Shown here piece by piece: positions 58,811 to 64,000 of a DNA stretch of 64,000 nucleotides. Below the pieces are notes generated by a model, which worked only from the letters and a program-made list of their open reading frames with translations, ran no database searches and was not told where the DNA came from. The first letter of the stretch is position 1, and every line of letters begins with the position of its first letter. Origin of the DNA: Selaginella moellendorffii (taxonomy: Eukaryota; Plantae; Lycopodiophyta); contig NW_003314266.1 of NCBI RefSeq assembly GCF_000143415.4, forward strand, positions 2,823,964 to 2,887,963, read 5' to 3'. Made by a program: the position numbers and the translations under genes.

Positions 58811-60197
58811 ATGGTAGGGTTCTTCAGCTACTTCACTGGAAAGCGCGGCCCTAGCGGCTTTGGATCATCCTCCACCGCGGAAGATGTCGCGCAAGGGATT
58901 TCGCTGCATTCTCAGGTTGCGATCATCACTGGTAAGCGAAATATCGATCGCTTGGCGAGATTTCGAGGATTTTTCTTTCGTTTCTTGCAAGGATCGACGT
59001 CTGGGATTGGATTCGAGACCGCGCGGGTCCTGGCCAAGCACGGCGCTCATGTCGTTGTCCCGGCCAGGAAAATCAAGGACTCGGAGGGAGTGCGATCGAG
59101 GATTCTCAAGGAGTTTCCAGATGCCACGGTGAGCGTTGGGGAGCTGGATTTGAGCTCGCTGGCCTCGGTGAGGAAGTTCGTGACCGAATTCAAGGCTTTG
59201 GAACTCCCGCTCAACATGATCATGTAAGCGTTCCTGTGCTTTTGGATTCTTCTCTTGGCAAGAATCTGGTCATTTTTAATTTTTTTTTGTGCTTTTGAAG
59301 AAACAATGCCGGGATCTCTAGTGGGAAGTTTGTTCTATCACCCGAGGAACTGGAGCTTGATTTTGCGACAAATCACATGGGTAAGATAGCTTTGCGCTCC
59401 TCCAAAATTGTAGCTCAACTTTGCTGGAGCTTCCAACAGGCCATTTCCTACTCGTGGAACTTCTGCTGGACGATGTCATCAAAACTTCCAGTGAGACAGG
59501 CATCGAGGGCCGGATTGTCATCGTCTCCTCCGAGGCCCATAAGTTTGCTCCGAAACAACTAGTATATGAAAAGCTCAACGACAAAGACAGGCATGGAAAA
59601 AGTTCTTCTAAGATGACTCGTGTTTGATACTGTCCATGCAGCTTTTCCTGGACGGGAGCCTACGGTCGTTCCAAACTGGCAAATATATGGCATGCCAAGG
59701 AACTTGCACGACGGCTTCAGGTAGCTTTTACTTTCTTTTGACCAAACAAGTCACGGCTTTCCTATTTATTGGATTTCGGTGTTCACAGGAACGAAATGTG
59801 AATGTCACCGCGAACGCTCTCCATCCAGGCGCTATAGACACAAATCTGGGACGTGATTTCAACAAAATTCTTGTTTGTAAGAATCCTGGCTTGATTGATA
59901 GAGCTGAAGGCTTTGAGTTTTTGTATGCAGCTACTGTGTTTTTCCTCGGAAAGCCTTTTCTAAAAACTGTCCCTCAGGTTTGCACAAAATCCTCTTTTGC
60001 TTTGCTAAACTTGTTTGTTTTCCGACCAGGGCGCTGCCACAACAGTTTACGCTGCGATCCACCCCTCGATGCGTGGAGTCACCGGGAAATACTTGTGTGA
60101 TTGCAACGAAGCAGAGTGCAGTGCCACTGCCAATGATATGAAAATGGCTGCGGAGCTGTGGGAGTTTAGCGAGAAGTTTGTAGCATCCCATCCATGA
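58811..60197 (+). CDS. Short-chain dehydrogenase/reductase, TIC32-like, multi-exon
   Basis: GPSGFGSSSTAEDV, TGSTSGIG, LDLSSLASV, NNAGI, FATNHMGHFLL, YGRSK, NALHPG, QGAATTVY. Confidence 0.93.
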
Positions 60198-60228
60198 CAA
60201 GGTAATCAATCCTACACATATATCTGTC

Positions 60229-60318
60229 TTACAACACTACATATTTGGTGATTTAAGTTCTCAGGATTCGCAACTCCACAGAGTTGCCACTGTGATCCTT
60301 GGAAGAACATCGTCCACT
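60229..60318 (-). pseudogene. Decayed tandem copy of the last exon of the VOC gene
   Basis: Matches 60373-60470 (taagttctcaggatt...gagttgcc.ctgtgatcctt..agaacatcgtccact) with indels. Confidence 0.8.
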
Positions 60319-60372
60319 ATAATGTAATTTCTTTAATGGTAAGATGGCACATTTATTTATTTTATTGGTCTT

Positions 60373-61043
60373 TCACTCCACTACGTACTTGGCAAATAAG
60401 TTCTCAGGATTAGTCATGGCTTTAAACTCGACGGAGTTGCCGCTGTGATCCTTAAAGAACATCGTCCACTGAAGAGAGAGCGAAATGGTAAATACTCCAA
60501 GAACAGGCACACAGACACACAGATTTGGAAGAACCTGTTCTCCCGGTTGATCGGTGAAGCGAAGGTGTGGCTCGATGATAAACTTCACGCCAGCAGCAGT
60601 CACGCGCTCAGCGAGCTTCAAGAAATCCGGGACCGAAAGAGCCAATCCAAAGTGTGGGACTGGAACTGGATCTCCATCTTCCAGAAAAGAAGAAAGCAAA
60701 AAAAAATGGATCAGTCCAGCTCTCGCAAGACCGATCTTGGATCTTTAGTTACCAACTGCGTTTGCAGTGCTCGCGGCATTGTATCCTTCCACAAAATGGC
60801 ACACCAGCTTGACAAAATCGGGCAGAATTTGAGTGTTTCGAGGGAGAAACTTAAAATCACTCACTTGATGGCCAAAGAGATTGAAATCCACCCAGGTCCT
60901 CGCCGATCGGCCCTCGGGACATCCCAAGATCCTACACAAGATCAAAACGAGGATTTGTATGGCGATGCTTACCCCCCGTAAAATTCCCGAGCTGCTGTTA
61001 GATCGTGAGTGGGAATCGCTAAATGGAACGGACACAGTGCCAT
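60373..61043 (-). CDS. VOC / glyoxalase-bleomycin resistance-dioxygenase family protein, 5 exons
   Basis: Spliced [50 protein letters not shown]...VPVPHFGL...IEPHLRF..QPGEQ-WTMFFKDHSGNSVEFKA; His/His/Glu metal ligands present. Confidence 0.88.
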
Positions 61044-61366
61044 TTTGCGAATATTAGGGTATTCTGTCCAAAACACCAGCTCGTTCCACTTTCTGCTTTG
61101 GCTTTTCAATGAATCATCAAGTATAATCATCCTTTATATGAAGTGTTTACATCCACCCAACTAAAGACTCGATTCCTGCATGCATTTATAAATCATTCTT
61201 CTTAAGATTCAAAATGCTCAACAACATTCCGTCCTTTTCATGTAGGCTTTAGTTCTCATTAGTAAAGAGCCTGTTCATTTCCTAATTTGTCTTTATTGGC
61301 TTCTTGGTTTTCTCAGTGCAATTTATATTCATTTGGAACTGAGCCAAGAAATAAAGCAATTCTACT

Positions 61367-62272
61367 TTACAGATTTATATTTATATTATTTGCCCATACA
61401 GACATTTCAGGATGACCAACTCTATATACAACTAAATTATGATCTTCCTGTATTATAAAGATAGAATCACCTAGACAGTTTGGTAAAGGGATACAATACG
61501 TATTTGAAGACCATCTAGCCCTTTGATTAAAAGCACCATATAAAACTAAATTTCCATCTAATTGCATTCTTAATTTACAATCAAAATCTAGACCATTTGT
61601 TTTTGTATCCCATACTGGAAAATTTTTAGAAGTATAATATACAAGATTACAATCTTTTTGCATACTTAAATAATAACCACTAGCTTCATTATATAAAATT
61701 TGATTGACTTTTAATTTTGATATCTGTTCGCTTTCAAGACCACTTAGCATAACAAATTTATTAGGGGTTTGAAACTTAGCAATATTCATGCTTAAATTGG
61801 TAAATATTATACTTGATAGATCATTCAAAGATTGTTGTATCCTTCTACAACGAAATATAAATGTTCCATAAAGAGAAGCAATATTTATAGTTAAATATTG
61901 AGGACATTCTGAAAGCTCATTTAAAACTGTGTAAATTGCATTAGATATTGTATCTCTGATTTGATCATTAAAAATATAAGAAACTCCAAACCTATCAATA
62001 TGGCGTAATGGTCCAACAGTAATAATATGTATTGTTGCCTCAAACATTACGTTTCGAATATCTATTGTATTTGGGAAACTATTTAAAGGTAAGGTGAAAC
62101 CACCAGTAGGAAAACTATTTCTCATTAAGAATCTTAGTGTACTAAACATATCTGTAAAATAGCTCCTATGTATTCTTCTTCCACCATATTCATAATTAAT
62201 TATAGTTGATTGCATATATATAGATTCCCATATTAATACAAATACTATACTCAAAAGAAATAATTTTGCCAT
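61367..62272 (-). CDS. Secreted chimeric lectin: signal peptide + unknown ~150-aa domain + GNA/B-type mannose-binding domain
   Basis: Intronless ORF; MAKLFLLSIVFVLIW; three QxDxNxVxY sites (QKDCNLVYY, QLDGNLVLY, QEDHNLVVY); TATAAATA ~30 nt upstream. Confidence 0.82.
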   Translation of the reverse strand: MAKLFLLSIVFVLIWESIYMQSTIINYEYGGRRIHRSYFTDMFSTLRFLMRNSFPTGGFTLPLNSFPNTIDIRNVMFEATIHIITVGPLRHIDRFGVSYIFNDQIRDTISNAIYTVLNELSECPQYLTINIASLYGTFIFRCRRIQQSLNDLSSIIFTNLSMNIAKFQTPNKFVMLSGLESEQISKLKVNQILYNEASGYYLSMQKDCNLVYYTSKNFPVWDTKTNGLDFDCKLRMQLDGNLVLYGAFNQRARWSSNTYCIPLPNCLGDSIFIIQEDHNLVVYRVGHPEMSVWANNININL

Positions 62273-62917
62273 TTTAAGTAATACCACATGTCTTGATATT
62301 TATAATGTTACATAAGGACAAGCATAACTAAACTCCGAATGGTATAAATACAAATAGCAACATTAAGATTTGCCAGTGTGTTTGACGCGTGGGGACAGAC
62401 ACAACAACGAACTTTGATTTGCCTTATTTGGATAACCTAAACTGTTCCTCCCCTCATGAATACAAGACTATATCATACAAAAATATAGGCAGTCCCTGGG
62501 TGTCATGCTTCTTAGGGGGTGCCACAGGACCTCATCAGACAAAGCATTTGGAGATTACGCAATCATATATCACAAAAGTAATCAGGAATGTGAAATCTGG
62601 ACCAAGTTAGTGAGAAAGTATAAAAATTAATCTTTTTTTATTAATTTTGTCGGTGTGTCCACGACAAACTTTCATCCACAGAAAAAGATCACCTTGACTG
62701 TCTTCAAAGAGCCATGCCGACAAAGGAATTGATTCTCCGCGATATCATGCTCGAGAATAACAGATGAATAATCTCCAATTCTCCCCTGAACGCTCTCATC
62801 TAAGAGACTGATAGGATGATTCATCTTTCGACACCTAGAAAGAAAGAAAGATGGATCGTCAAGTAGCTCAGTAAAAGTGTAAACCCGGGCTTCACTCCAT
62901 CAAATCCAAATTCCCAG

Positions 62918-63918
62918 TCATGGAATGGACGAGGCCTCCTCAAACACATCAATGGATCTGCGACCTACGCTTATCCTCTCTCCAATCCTCGCCACCTTGA
63001 TAGTCATAACGTGAAGAACTCTAGGCACACACGCTAATCTCTCTCTCCTCCAAATACTTGAAAAGCTCCACAGCCATCGAGACGGCATCCCGGACCCCAG
63101 CTTCCTCGTTGAGCTGACTCGCCAGGAGAACTCATCCTTGCTAATCACCCAGCGAGGAGAAGCCGATCTTTCAGTGTCCCAGCAGCGGCTCAGGCCATCC
63201 AGAAGTAGATCCAAAGAGAAGTGGCCTTTTGGCTTCTTTGGCTCGCTGATGTTGTCCCAGTCGGCTACCACCAGCACGAAGTTGGCTAGCTCCACAAACG
63301 CTCGCATGTCCGGCTCCAAGAGAGGCAGCTCCAGGAAGCGCATGTAGTGCTGACACACCAAGCTGTCAAAGACTAAAGCATGGAGCTTTTGCGTGGTCGC
63401 GTAGTAGAGGCTTTCTTGCACCACCACGTCGATCATAGATGGAACCATAGTCAACCTTGGCTTTCAGAAGCTCACGTATGAAGAAGCGATTGGAGCGCCA
63501 GTGAAAGCCTCGTAGAACAGCCTCAGAAACACTGCGATCTCAACCTTCTCGAGCAGGAGCTCAGCGTCACTGGATTCATTCTCACTACTGTCATACGGCT
63601 GCGCCAGCAAGAGATGGACCTTGTCAAAGTAGTGATCAAGCTCGCTGGCTGAAATTCTAAGCCGGCTCAACACGAACGTCCAAGGCCCAGGACCACGACT
63701 GCTCACGCCACAACGTTGTCGCCCGTGTTGACGATGAAGCTGGCCGTGTCGAGATAAGTGTACTCGATAGGACCGGATGCCCGAGGAGCAAACAAATGAC
63801 TTGGAAGTGCACAGGAGAAAGGCGAGCTCAAGTTCACTCTCTCCTGGGAACCGGCAACTTTGTCCAGTGGAAACACCTTGTTCTCAAACTGCGAAGAAAA
63901 AGGAGATCTTTTACACAC
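62918..63918 (-). pseudogene. Unknown coding-like sequence broken into three ORFs; may extend beyond the window
   Basis: GC-richer helical-looking ORFs 63918-63703, 63706-63464, 63454-62918 abut in different frames; no recognisable domain. Confidence 0.35.
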
Positions 63919-64000
63919 AACTGGCGTGAGAGAAAGGAAATCTCACCTCGAATACCACTGTCAGGAGTTTCAAGAACTGGACATTCTCAGTGATTGAAGA

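Noticed and set aside
62380-62669. Possible MITE with imperfect terminal inverted repeats upstream of the lectin gene
   Set aside because: Match between ends is weak and gapped; no TSD found.

Overview
Eukaryotic plant nuclear DNA. Very short (~50 nt) GT-AG introns, tight gene packing, intronless PPR genes with long arrays of 31-aa (SS) motifs and a COMT-like OMT all point to the lycophyte Selaginella, probably S. moellendorffii (inference). Genes, in order: COMT-like O-methyltransferase, PPR, Dr1/NC2-beta, three more PPRs, a ~12 kb multi-exon VPS13X-like gene, an alpha/beta hydrolase, a FIST-like + LON N-terminal domain gene, a fifth PPR, a secreted dirigent-like protein, HSC20/HscB, a TIC32-like SDR, a VOC/glyoxalase-family gene, and an AT-rich intronless secreted GNA/B-type lectin fused to an unrecognised domain. 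Decayed AT-rich repeat blocks lie at ~1-7 kb, ~19.7-21.2 kb and ~45.7-55.7 kb, with two assembly N-gaps. The strongest signals are not in the ORF track. (1) A complete 556-bp TRIM whose LTRs carry a 5S rRNA internal-promoter segment (Cassandra-like), with PBS and a 5-bp TSD. (2) A young full-length Ty3/gypsy element with 174-bp LTRs, a 4-bp TSD, a tRNA-Ala-like PBS and a G GGA AAC slippery site plus H-type pseudoknot for -1 gag-pol frameshifting. (3) An unannotated cluster of box C/D snoRNAs with identifiable rRNA targets. (4) A solo LTR inserted exactly into a probable stop codon. All homology calls are from motif recognition by eye; no searches were run.
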